A DNA stretch of 57,969 nucleotides, the filler included, from Sphacelaria rigidula (taxonomy: Eukaryota), in the NCBI GenBank assembly GCA_964200075.2. It is 3 parts of 3 records of this genome, joined end to end, with 100 filler letters (N's around TTAATTAATTAA, not from the genome) between each part and the next. Parts side by side here need not be neighbours in the genome. Positions count along the whole stretch, not along the records: positions 1 to 19,261 come from CAXNAA020000703.1; positions 19,362 to 38,617 come from CAXNAA020000704.1; 1 more part is not named here. One strand, written 5' to 3'. Every line of letters starts with the position of its first letter. Position 1 is the stretch's first letter. The notes under the pieces were generated by a model. The model saw only the letters and a program-made list of their open reading frames with translations. It did no database searches and was not told the DNA's origin. A program made the translations under genes and the position numbers. Positions 13,301 through 23,518 of the stretch are shown here, in pieces.

Positions 13301-16300
13301 CTGTAGTGATGTTTGATCAAGAAGCGTTCAGGCCGAACGCGTGACAAGTCAATTTACAAGCCGTAGAGATGATCCCTCCCACCTACATAGGCAAACGTGT
13401 TGCCTCCCACAATTTACAGGGCTGCCCTCTGCACCGCCGGGATTATGCAAAAATGCACGGCATTTGGTTTTAGCGGCATCACGGCGGTGCAGAGGGTGGC
13501 GTATACTAGTACCGTGTGCTAGGATACGGGGCGATATTATGCTTCCCCGCTTTCGCTTAAAAAACGGTATTTTGGCTTTCCGAAACTGCGGCGCGGTACG
13601 GTATGTGGTATCGTACAGTACGGTACCTACCGCGAAGAAAAGAAAAAGAATATGTTGTGGTCCCCACGGTAGTCACAAATCTCGGGATCCCATCGTAGTT
13701 ATCGACTGATTTACAACGCGCAAGTATTGCTGATTGGAATGCCGGCGGCATCTTTACCTTCGAGTCTGTCGTAGCAGCCCGACGTATCAGACTGGATCCC
13801 ACGCCGTCTCTCCACTCCATTGTAAAAGGATCGAATTGACCGTACAGCTCGCCTACACTGATGGCCTTCGGGTTTAAGACATTTACTTCTATCTGTACGG
13901 GCAAAGAGCGCAGTCACAGCACGAGAGTGCGAAATCATGCAGACGTACACTGAGTTAGAGCCGTTACGAGAGACGTTTTGTGGTCGGCTGCGATGTATCG
14001 AAACCCAAATCCGAGTCGGCTCCTGGGCCCAAGTACTGCGGGTATAACAATTTTCCTGATGGCGAAGCAAAGTAGTGCTTCAGCGGTGTCGTCTACCTGT
14101 ATCCGTTGTTTCGCGTGCCCCCGGTCGCGATGTGAAGGACCGTTATCTGCCGTGGCATCACCTTAGGCCACTGTGTGTGGATGGCGTCCTCTTCATTTTC
14201 CTCACCATCCGTCTCTAGATCGTCCGGATCTTCCACAAAGGCTCTCCGTGAAGGAAGCCAAGCGTCGTCAGTCGCGGCTATGGCGACACTCTCTGCGTCA
14301 TCGCGCGTATTTTGTCGCATGGCTTTTCGGGCTGTAGCGATCTGTTTTCGCACAGAAGATGGTAAGGCGATTAGTTGGGTATCGCAAGTCGCCCTATTTT
14401 CAACATATTCGCACCATCAACCACACGATCGATTCTGGAAGGAAATGTAGATTGTACCGCTACTTTGTCAACGAGTAGCGATTCCACGTTAATAGCTCGA
14501 GTTTCTCGCCTGTTTCAGTTCTTCTTGCCTCAGCCAGGTAGATCCTTCTGCGAGGAGTCGCCGAATGGTAGTCTTGCCCGAACCTGCGGGACCCACAAGT
14601 GCCACTCCAAATCGAACCTGTATCAGAGACCCAAAGCTATCTGTTTTGCCACTCATCAAACGCATGGGGTAATAAATTCTGCGTCCATGCGGTTGAGAGA
14701 TGCTCATGTGCGACTGCATGCGTCGTAAGACATAGAGTGGCATCCAGGTAAGAACGGCTGATCATGTGTCAGTGGAGATCAGTTCCTCGTGTAGAACGAG
14801 CGAAAGAGCTACAAACAGGCGTTTCATTTCGTTTGTCACCGAGCTTAGGAATTCGATTGCCCACCTCCATAGTCTCGTGGAGTTGGTCCACCTTTGTTGC
14901 TTGCATTGCTAGCGATTGAACGCCCAAGGCCTTCACCGCAGCGGCAAGTCCCCGTTGAAGGTGGTCGTGCGGAGTAGTCGTTGCAGACTTTCCCGGAAAG
15001 AGATCTCCCATTATGGCGTTGAAGAGCAGAGTATCTCGTTCGAGAAGTTTAGGGCGATTGCTGCCACAGAGCGCCTGACCAGAAGTGGGGTCGAAAGCAC
15101 CCAGACGGTCCCAGGCGCAATATCAAACGTCGGAGTTTGGGAACTCTGTAGCAAAATGTATCTCGCGAATCCTCAGGTATAGCAATCATTTCCTTGGCAG
15201 CAAATGCGAATACAATCCATCGCCCCGGTGGTGTTTGGTCCGACTGTCACCATTAGGGTGAAGAGAACGGGAGTTCGAATCCCGAGCTGTTGGGTTTTTC
15301 TTCGAAATATCTAATTTTCATCGTCGAAAGCGTTAGTACGTGTCTAAACAAAAGTCGGTTGGACTGAGTGTGTTTGACGAGAGTTGAGGCGGTGCGGGAG
15401 TGTTGATGGTCATGGTCCAATCCGCGAGACCAAAATGCAAGGCGTGTACCGGGGACAAATAGATGGGTTGATTCCTTGATACCACGGACTCGTCCCGGGG
15501 AAGGGGAGGGATTAAAATTGCGACACATAAAAACAAACAATTCAAGGGCATCATGAAAAAGATTGCGCACGACCTATATATGAGTGATGCTACGGTAGGG
15601 GTACACAAATATTTTCTGAGGTTAAAATTGTTAGGAGCCCTTTATCTCATCCAAAGCACGACTTATGAAAATATGCGAGAGTATGCCAAGATTACTATTC
15701 CTATGTGCTGGGAATATCCCGAATGAATGCGCAAACGGGGATGCCCTGACCCATACTCTTGTGCGTCTAGAATCGTTAGGAGCCCCTGAACCAGACCAAA
15801 ATTCGCGAAAAAAGTGCACCCCTACCGTAGCATTGGTCATATCCACATTTCACCTTTTGCTCGCAACATCTACCTGTATGAGCACATCCTCTTCACTTCG
15901 CGCAGTTCCCGACAACCGGCCTCGTTTCAACTGGCCCGCGAACATGAGAACTGATTTTACGGCCCGCATGCCGAAGTCATAGTGCGGCTGCTGACTGAGC
16001 TGCTCCGAGCAGAGGTGAGCCAAAGTAGATACTTTCGCGCTCAGTACCTATGAAGCATGTGAGCCGCACCCCGCAGCGTCGAGAAGCAGTCAAGCAATCA
16101 AGTACTACAGCTGCACTCAAGCGGTTTCTCTCTAGGTTTCATTCGAAATAACGGCAGGTGTTTTATTCAAAGAAGCTGACAATTACCTCGTAGGAGACGA
16201 TACACAATCTAGGCGCGTTGTATAGTGAGGGAGGTAATTTGACCTGGTTACCCAGTCGCGAACCGTCGCGAGAGTGCGTGGTCCTCAAGAAACGTCACCC

Positions 16301-19261
16301 GTTCGAGCGATATACACGTCTAAACCGGGGATGAACCCTAGATTTCGCACCTTAGCCTCCTCAAACCCTTCGCTGTAGAGGATAATCTCAGCGATGATAG
16401 CGTAATCCGGCACCATCATCGCCACGGGGCGGAAGCACATCTGAACGGAGACGAACAGCAACATAGAGTGTGAGAGCGTACAGTCGAGCGCAATTGAAAC
16501 TATGTTTTGCTGCCACCTTCAGTATTTTGTTCGTTTGTCGGCGACGATGCATCACGCGCCATAGATACTATGCCGCCAGTCTTGTCGGTCGGGCGTCAGC
16601 TGTACCCAGTAGGTACCCCGTAAGTACCATCGCAGTGAAGTCATGCGCGGTGTCTCAGCGAAGCACAACCACAAGCTAGTCACCAGGCATGGTCTCGTTA
16701 TGCGTTTATATCCCAATGAACCGCAAACTACTTTCCAGGCTTGGGCTCCTAAGGGAATTACTTTTCCAGCGTTCATCACCTGCAGATTGTTCGGCAGCTC
16801 GGTGCGACTGGCATAGCTGGGGTTCATCGTAACCACGACATGATGATGTTTAAGAGGAATCAACCTTCCCTCGAACATCACCTCCACCGCACCCGCCAAC
16901 CGCGTGTTCCGGAGTACCATCAGCTACAGAGGGAGCGCAGTATAAACGAAGACAAAACGAGGGGATGGCAGGCGCACAACGGCATACAGATAAGAAGTAC
17001 ATATCAAAATGAGAGTAGCGAGAAGAATGTAGCGAAAGCGCATATCAAACAGCACCAACGCCAATCAGAAACTGCGCGTTGAGTTGGATTGCAGTGTTGC
17101 TAGTTTCAGCATTTGAGCCATCACACCGTAGCAGGGGAGAGGGTGCTTCAAGCAAACTGTCGTCCCCCCAAAAGTCATGTGGAGACCTTGATTGAGGTAC
17201 TGAAGAGTACTTGAGAAAGGTCTCTTGTGCGATATTCAGCGACATTTGGTGCCTTCATAAGTCTTCACCCCGCGGGCACACACGTACAAGAGGGTGTCGT
17301 CGTACACCACAATCATGAACTCAACTGTTTCCGAGCAAGACCCCCCCCCCCTCCATCTTGGTTTTATAGGGATGTGATGTCAATGGTCATATGACTATGG
17401 CAAGCAAGATCATGCGTGAACCCCCCCGCTTCCCCCTCCCCACCGAAGGGTGGCTTACTCAGGGTTCCAAATTTACGGTAGAATTCACCGAAAATACCTT
17501 TAGGCGACAATGTACCTGTTGTGCGATGACCGATAAAACTTCAGTATCCATGCGGTTGAACTCGTCCAGGCATGTCCAAGCGCCAGTCTGTGCTAAGCCG
17601 GAAAGAAGTCTTGCCGTCATTGCCTGGTCGATCTGGTTCGAGCAGTTAAATACGATACACTGCGACAACCGGCGGCGGTGCCAAATGCGATGGGGCGAAC
17701 GGAGTAGGTTAAGCCCAAAAAGTGCTCCGGCCACATTCAACACCTTGGCCGCACGTACTCAGTGACAGAGGCTCAAAGAACGGTCAGCGATCCTCTCTCA
17801 ATACGTTTGGAGAATATGGTGGCGACTAAGTGATGTTTCGTGAGACGCTGCGGTCACACTAGTAGACATTTTCGAGCACTGTACTTGCACACGCTTACAT
17901 AACCTTGCCTGTGTGCCCAGGCCCTTAGCCAAGTCTTTTGTAGACTCGGTCTTGCCCGTGCCTGCTGGCCCGAGAGGGTTCGCGCCCAAGGTGAGGTCGA
18001 AGGCGCCGGTGATCGTCATCCAGCATCGCTCTGTGAGAGGAGTAATAACCAAACGTGTGGCGGCACCCTGGTACTCGAAGCCATATTTGATGCTCGCCGT
18101 GCTTTGCACCGCCTTAACCGTATCCGTATTCCAATAGAACCTGTTCAGTGGAGAGCGCGGGGTTGGTTAACGACATTCATATTGCAGAGACGCAAGAGCT
18201 CACCATCGGGAAATATTGCACTACCAGTCCCCTCACACGCTGAGCAGATCACGCCGAACTTACCACGGTCACCGGACATTACTTTTCCCACCACTCGCAT
18301 AGGAGGTTAAGGCGCTGGTGAAATGGTGCGACAGTTGAGCGACTGCGCGCGGATATCTTGAAGCGCCAGTGCTCATATCGTGGTGGGCAGGTCCAAGATA
18401 TTCATGCATAAATATATTCCATGGATAAGTCTACTGTCGGCAAGCACTCGGGAGGAGAACGCACCGAAGTTGCGCCTGCCACAGGAAATTCTGCGGGTCA
18501 TCCACTCCCTCCTTGACCAACTCGCTCAATACATCTCGATTATGCACCTCCGCTGTGACCAGGGCGACACCCAGCTTTCGCTGCAGAGGGGTTAATTGAT
18601 CCTGCATTGAAGGATTGATAGCGGGTCGCGGCAATGGTTACAGTTGTCTGACATTCATGGTGTTTTGTGGAATGTTTGACTGCGACGAGAAGGCACGTAG
18701 TTGTGCTCAATGCATATGCCATGAGTAACAAGATCAGCGTATTATGTCTTGTGTATGTTACACAAGGTACGTTCAAAAATTCTAATTGTACCTGAATTTG
18801 GCCGACAAGTGCGTGCAAGTGCGTGATACTTGTGTCTAGCCATGCTTCGACGGCGCCCCCTTCGCCTTTCGCTCTTCTAGCCATGGTAGCTTCGGTTAGC
18901 CTACCGTTGGACACACACAACGGCAGAGGAACACGTGTGACAGTGACGAACCAGTGAGACAAGACGGAAACAACGAGGTATGATCCTGTAATTACCGTCT
19001 GTAGTGGTTTAGTACACACTTGGCGTGTCGGAACTGACTCTTTGCATTTTGCGCCTTTCACATAACCGCCGCAAAGAGCAGAAAAATCATGCTGTTCAGA
19101 CCCCCATGTCTTACCTAGCCCAGATTATTTGAATGGCTGTGGTCACAACTTGAGCAGGACGCCCGCTCAGAGCCCATGTTACTCTTGTATCTGCTATGTT
19201 CTCGACACTCAGCGATGCTTTCCGGGATCGGCCACCTTCCGCATCTGCGTTCGGCGGCGGG
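273..19261 (-). CDS. Axonemal dynein heavy chain (probably inner-arm type), partial; linker end, AAA1-AAA4, stalk/MTBD; 5' part lost in the gap at 19262, 3' part continues beyond position 1
   Basis: Phase-consistent exons in transcription order: 19115->19261, 18792-18900, 18465-18601, 17909-18140, 17516-17659, 16780-16923, 16351-16440, 15874-16047, 14865-15074, 14510-14617, 14162-14341, 13758-13892, 13110-13300, 12525(or 12510)-12756, 11930-12268, 11568-11707, 10830-10980, 10246-10464, 8974-9171, 8593-8777, 8239-8413, 7876-8027, 7454-7597, 7122-7312, 6706-6881, 6348-6491, 5880-6004, 5396-5561, 4976-5115, 4604-4730, 4270-4353, 3938-4123, 3498-3647, 1901-1999, 1577-1672, 770-880, 273-467. Hallmark DHC motifs: [164 protein letters not shown]. 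Confidence 0.97.
2400..2826 (+). mobile_element. 5'-truncated non-LTR retrotransposon (LINE) 3' fragment in a dynein intron
   Basis: ORF 2358-2792 contains [19 protein letters not shown] (degenerate CCHC-type C-terminal knuckle of LINE ORF2) and W..LC.VWKKRN. It is followed by a 3' UTR ending GAGTAC-poly(C) that recurs elsewhere in the window. Confidence 0.65.
7876..10980 (-). CDS. Dynein AAA3 exons
   Basis: IVPT...[10 protein letters not shown] (10830-10980), [24 protein letters not shown] (8974-9171), GGFYDR...PPGGARS (8593-8777), [14 protein letters not shown] (8239-8413). Confidence 0.95.
9391..9543. repeat. Tandem duplication, 2 x 75 bp
   Basis: ttacgtcccatcatt..agtagatcaa.ttgcaccgcgtcagcgcgtcagcaccaagtagaaaggttgtcat at 9391-9465 and 9466-9540, with about 3 mismatches. 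Confidence 0.95.
9633..10221. mobile_element. Stowaway/Tc1-mariner-like MITE (copy 1)
   Basis: TIR cttcctctgtcccataagtctgtgccgttatg ... cataacgacacagacttatgagacaggggaag, flanked by TA on both sides; no coding capacity. Confidence 0.85.
11296..11384 (-). mobile_element. tRNA-derived SINE fragment
   Basis: Minus strand gccctggTGGCTCAGTTGataacc...gtgGGTTCGAATCtcgg: Pol III A and B boxes, without a complete cloverleaf or acceptor stem. Confidence 0.7.
12510..15074 (-). CDS. Dynein AAA2 exons
   Basis: [18 protein letters not shown]-loop (14510-14617), [25 protein letters not shown] (13758-13892), [31 protein letters not shown] (13110-13300). Confidence 0.95.
15581..15839. mobile_element. MITE with atgctacggtagggg TIR (copy 1)
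   Basis: atgctacggtaggggtacac (15587-) and gtgcacccctaccgtagcat (-15833) are inverted repeats; apparently TA-flanked; a second copy lies at 28507-28789. Confidence 0.75.
15874..18140 (-). CDS. Dynein AAA1 (catalytic ATPase) exons
   Basis: Walker A GPAGTGKT (17909-18140 exon), Walker [10 protein letters not shown] (17516-17659), [16 protein letters not shown] (16780-16923), [11 protein letters not shown] (16351-16440), [10 protein letters not shown] (15874-16047). Confidence 0.96.
17369..17427 (+). mobile_element. Very short 3' end of the LINE family seen at 2400-2826
   Basis: ggatgtgatgtcaatggtcatatgactatggcaagcaagatcatgcgtgaacccccc matches ggatgcgtggtcaatggtcaaacgactaaggcgag...atgagtactcccc; flanked by C-tracts. 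Confidence 0.6.
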
Positions 19262-19361
19262 NNNNNNNNNNNNNNNNNNNNNNNNNNNNNNNNNNNNNNN
19301 NNNNNTTAATTAATTAANNNNNNNNNNNNNNNNNNNNNNNNNNNNNNNNNNNNNNNNNNNN
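19262..19361. other. Assembly gap with artificial TTAATTAATTAA spacer
   Basis: 44 N + TTAATTAATTAA (stop codons in all frames) + 44 N; identical structure at 38618-38717. Confidence 0.97.
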
Positions 19362-19434
19362 CGGTTTCGGTTGGCAAAAACCGACCGAAAAACCGACCGA
19401 AAACCGAATTTTCGGTTTTCGGTTCACAACACTG
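19362..19434. mobile_element. Terminus of a hAT-like DNA transposon cut by the gap
   Basis: Reverse complement reads CAGTGTTGTGAACCG followed by clustered AAAACCG/ACCG subterminal repeats, as typical of hAT ends. Confidence 0.6.
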
Positions 19435-21058
19435 CCCATGGAACGCTAGGCTCAATTCTTGCAAACCAGCTTCTGCAAAAAAAGTGGAGTACAAGAAGGG
19501 ACATGGTGTCCCCATGTTCCGCCATGTGTATCGTGCAATTGTCCCGGTCGTAGAAGGTGATGTTAACCCTTTTGGGACCGGACCCCCACTGACACAGGAT
19601 TGACGCTGTGACAGTGAGATAGTTGAAAATAATTCTTCGGGTGACCTGCCCAATCACGGCGAGGCGAAATTTATCGACCAGACGCGAACGACCAGCGCGG
19701 GGATTGCTGTCGAGTGTGATGCCACTGCAAAGATCGCGGTGTTGCACCCAGATAAGCCTCTCTAGGTTTCAAAGTGTAGGGTGGTCGCGGCTTGATTTTA
19801 TGGTATTACTTGCACTCAGTTTTCCGTTCCCGACTTTTTTCGGAGTGCTTTTTGGGTCCCATTTCTACACTGAAACGTAGTAATTTACACTAAGACAGGG
19901 TGGACCGGAAAAAAACGGGAAGGAGTGTACATGTCACCATGTGGTCATTTTCACGAGGCACAAAATCCAGGTGGGCTGTGGAAAGACAAAAGGAGCTACC
20001 GTCATGAATTCTGCGTATCCCTCTGCGCATGACTTGTAGTGTGCAGTCCACATGTATCTTGTGGACGGGGATGACAAAGATGTGTATATAGGCAGCGATC
20101 TCGGTAGCTGAGAACCGCTCAGAACGTGCAAGGGAGTATGCAGCGGGAGCTGCTGCTTCAGTTGGAGAGGCGTACTAGACTGTACTGTGCTGTACTATAC
20201 TTTTATATACATGCGCGGCGCAACGCTAATACCGTTGGAAGAGAATTTGCTACATGCACCCAAGGGGGAAATGGCGGCCCATCCCGACCACAAATGGCTG
20301 TGTGGCAAGGTGATGGGGACAAAAGCATCATCCAAAGCCACAAGTTACGGGCGACCCGCCGGTCACCGCATCCTGTTGGAAGCTCTTTTCCACGACCCAC
20401 AGTGCTTGCTACATGAGATGTACACCACCTAATGCGCACCCTGCACCTGAAAACAGATTGGAACTTCCGGTCTTTGTCATAACCCTGCGGTTACATATGC
20501 GGGTTTTCAGCAACACGCCACAGTTTCGTGCAGACGCCTGACACGTCATTCCTGACCGGCCTCATCGGTCGTTGTGGAGGTCCGGTCCCAAAAGGGTTTC
20601 ACAAGCTACACTAACCTAGGCAGTCTTCGAACGATGAGCAGCACTGTTCAGCACGGCACACTGATCAGCCAACACCAACTCGAAACACTCGGGATAGATG
20701 TAGCTGAGGCCAGGCTTTCCGAATTTCTGCCCCGCTCCGCCCGAACGTTAATTACAGTACATACTCGTACTGCAATGGCCGAGAGATGAAAATAGTAGTA
20801 GCAACTTATAGTCAAGTTAAGATCCTGGCAGAGAAATAAAAGTAAAAAAACAACGTGTTTGCTTTTTCCGCTAGCGTGGTCATTGTTTGCGTACTGATGT
20901 GTAGAGTGTACGTGAAACATTTCAGCTCAAAACTCCTCACATTGAGTAATGCATTCAAATGTCGTAATGCACGAGCCCTCCGCAGAGGTACATATTCTTT
21001 TGCAAAATCTTGTCCCGTCGTAGAGGACTTGCATTATGCGGTAAACTTTATCATTCAT

Positions 21059-21310
21059 GACACTTTCTACGATAGCCCCCCCCCAAAACCAGCTGAAAGT
21101 GTTACGAAAACAATGGCCATACAGCGCCTGATTATTGGGTTCAGGCTGCATGAAGCACCTCATATTGGCGACATTGGCTAGAACGAAGACAAGCGTGGGA
21201 ATTTCCAGTATCTCGTTGTGCGCGGATTTTTCCATTTCATTTCACGTGAAGGTTTTGCCTCCCAAAACCGTGCACTTGTTTTGGGGGGGGGGGCTATCGT
21301 AGAAAGTGTC
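21059..21310. mobile_element. MITE-like element with ~31 bp terminal inverted repeats
   Basis: gacactttctacgatagc(c)n aaaac (21059-21089) versus gtttt(g)n ctatcgtagaaagtgtc (21278-21310). Confidence 0.7.
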
Positions 21311-21956
21311 TGATACACACCCATAGTTTATATATATATAATATTTCGAACTCACGAGCGTGAAGCGTATTTTGTAACGAGGCGTCAACGAGATTGATTG
21401 CTGATTTTAGTGCGCAACTTCCTCCGCACCCGCCCCGGGAAATGACTGTTCGGGCCAATACCAATGCTAGAGGCCCGGTTGGCGGATTCGTGCTTTACTT
21501 TGTGCGAGGGTACACATGCGTTCGCGACCGTTCCAACGGACGCGCGATCGCAGTGGTCCTGCAATGTTTCCGGCGGGCATGAACATTTCGAGAGAGGATC
21601 TATTCCTACGAGGGCTTGGCAAGGCAAGAATACCGCGACCCTCGAAAATGACGGACGGGACCGGGGCGAAGCACCGGATCCCGTGCGGCTTGTGTGTGTG
21701 TATATATATATATACATCGCGGCAAAGCGTGCATCAGAAATTTGGCCTGTACTTCACCGCGAGGTGATTGCGTCACGTGAACTCGGGGAGCTGAACAAAA
21801 CATATAGCGTTCGAGAAATGTGAGCTTTCTGGCTGGCCCAGTCCGTACTGCCGGAAAGCAACTTCTCTTGCCTCATGTGATGACGGGGTCACGTCCAAGC
21901 GCGTGAAATTACTTGTTCAGGAGGTATGTGTCTCCTCTATGCACATGCCATCGCCA

Positions 21957-23135
21957 CTACGCCTCCTTCCCCCCAACCCCTACCAGGCCACAAGCAGACG
22001 TCCCCTTGCTATTGCACTGATGTACCACATTCACCACACGCCGGATGAAAGACGCGGAAAAACAGGAGGGAATACATCGGAGTCTGAAAACGTTGCAACC
22101 TGTCGCCGGGTCAACTTTACGTGTGTGGCGCCTCCCGGCGGTGACGTACTCCAAAACTGCAAACTCAACTGTCCAGACTCCCTCCCGCACCATCACCTCG
22201 TCGCCAACCCGTCGCAAGTCGTTACCCTGATTCTCGACAAAGTAGGATACCTTCGCGAGAGTGGTGTGTCGGAGCCCGCGCGTGTTGTTTTGCCGAGCGT
22301 CCGTCGTAACGTAGATTTCGACATCACTACCCCGACTCGAGGTCGACCGGGACCACATCGCAGGTAGGACGTGGGCACCCTTGACTGCCCCATCCCAAAT
22401 AATAGTCGTACAGGCGCTCGCCTGCACCGATGCTGCCGCCCAGTGGTTGAAGCATACTGCGGTTTGATGGGTTAGACCGCTACCCCTGCCTCTCCCGCGA
22501 AACCAAGACGCAGGGCCGGTGCAAGCTGGAGGTTCGGCCGTCCTCCCGCACCCGAGCGTACTGTCGTATCTCAACTCCAGTACAGCTGCTTTCGGAACTG
22601 AGGCAGATACCACCATCTGACGGGGAAGAGATCTGATCTCGACCCGCTCAGCTCGTCCCCTCCCAACCCCACCTCCCACTGTACGCATCCATGGGGTTTG
22701 TGAGCGCTGGGGCATCATCATCCCTACACGTTGGGGCCATCGAGTTCCGATACGGCATCCAAGGCAGATCAGTATTTTCTCAGATCTGCACCCTCTGTGG
22801 TCTGTCCTACCCTCGAGCGCTCCATCTTAGCTCATCTGGCAAGGCCTTCAACGCCTGCCCCTCGCTATCCGTCTTCCAGATGTGGAGTAAAGTGCTTCTG
22901 CCGCCTGCAGACTCGGCGTGCTTCTTCGCCTCTTTGCTTTTTGTTTTGACTCTCCAGCATTGGTGTTCGTCGGCACATCTACCGTAAGAGACGCCCACAT
23001 CGATTCAGCATGCGAACGAATAACAGCTGGTGCAGATGAAATAGCGTTACCGGAATAGATCCCGTCTTGAGTGGGAGCAAAGTCGAAACAAGCGTTCGCA
23101 CGACAAGTGAGCAACTTAATAGATAGCCTCATGCA
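21957..23135 (-). pseudogene. Degenerate Plavaka/EnSpm(CACTA)-like transposase, C-terminal part
   Basis: Frameshifted fragments NTNAGESKQK/EAKKHA (resembles the E-motif T..GESKHK.aK), then SDVEIYV...LAKVSYF...AVLEYV...VDPATGCNVF...IRRVVNVVHQC (resembles the vNvQHxC C-terminus). Recognised by motif only, no database search. Confidence 0.5.
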
Positions 23136-23518
23136 CCGGGTGCGTTGTCGGGGGTAGTTGTAGGCCTGTCGTGGCCAGTTGAGACCAGATATATTTTATA
23201 TAATTAGTGTACCCATATTTGCCTACTCTCATATATCACACATATATATGCTGAAACCACCATCGAATTAGATCCGACACATAATGCCGCACACCAACTC
23301 ACGAACACATACCTAAACCACTGAAAGAAGTGGGGTACTAATACCTGGGAAAAACGCTCATACAAAATGACATGTCACAATCCCAGATTTTCGGCACGCG
23401 AAAAGGCGTGTGCCGCCCCAGCAGATATGCACTGCAACCACTACATAGGGTATACCTTAAATAACAGAATGATCTCTTATTCGTATTTCCCCTGCACGTC
23501 ATGATCCAATCTCCATAT

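Noticed and set aside
19306..19317. Palindromic TTAATTAATTAA between N runs (also 38662-38673)
   Set aside because: Artificial scaffold spacer, not biology. It also means adjacency across the gaps is unverified.
23167..23371. TG...CA block as the LTR of the neighbouring gypsy element
   Set aside because: No matching second copy upstream of gag, and no clear PPT or TSD.
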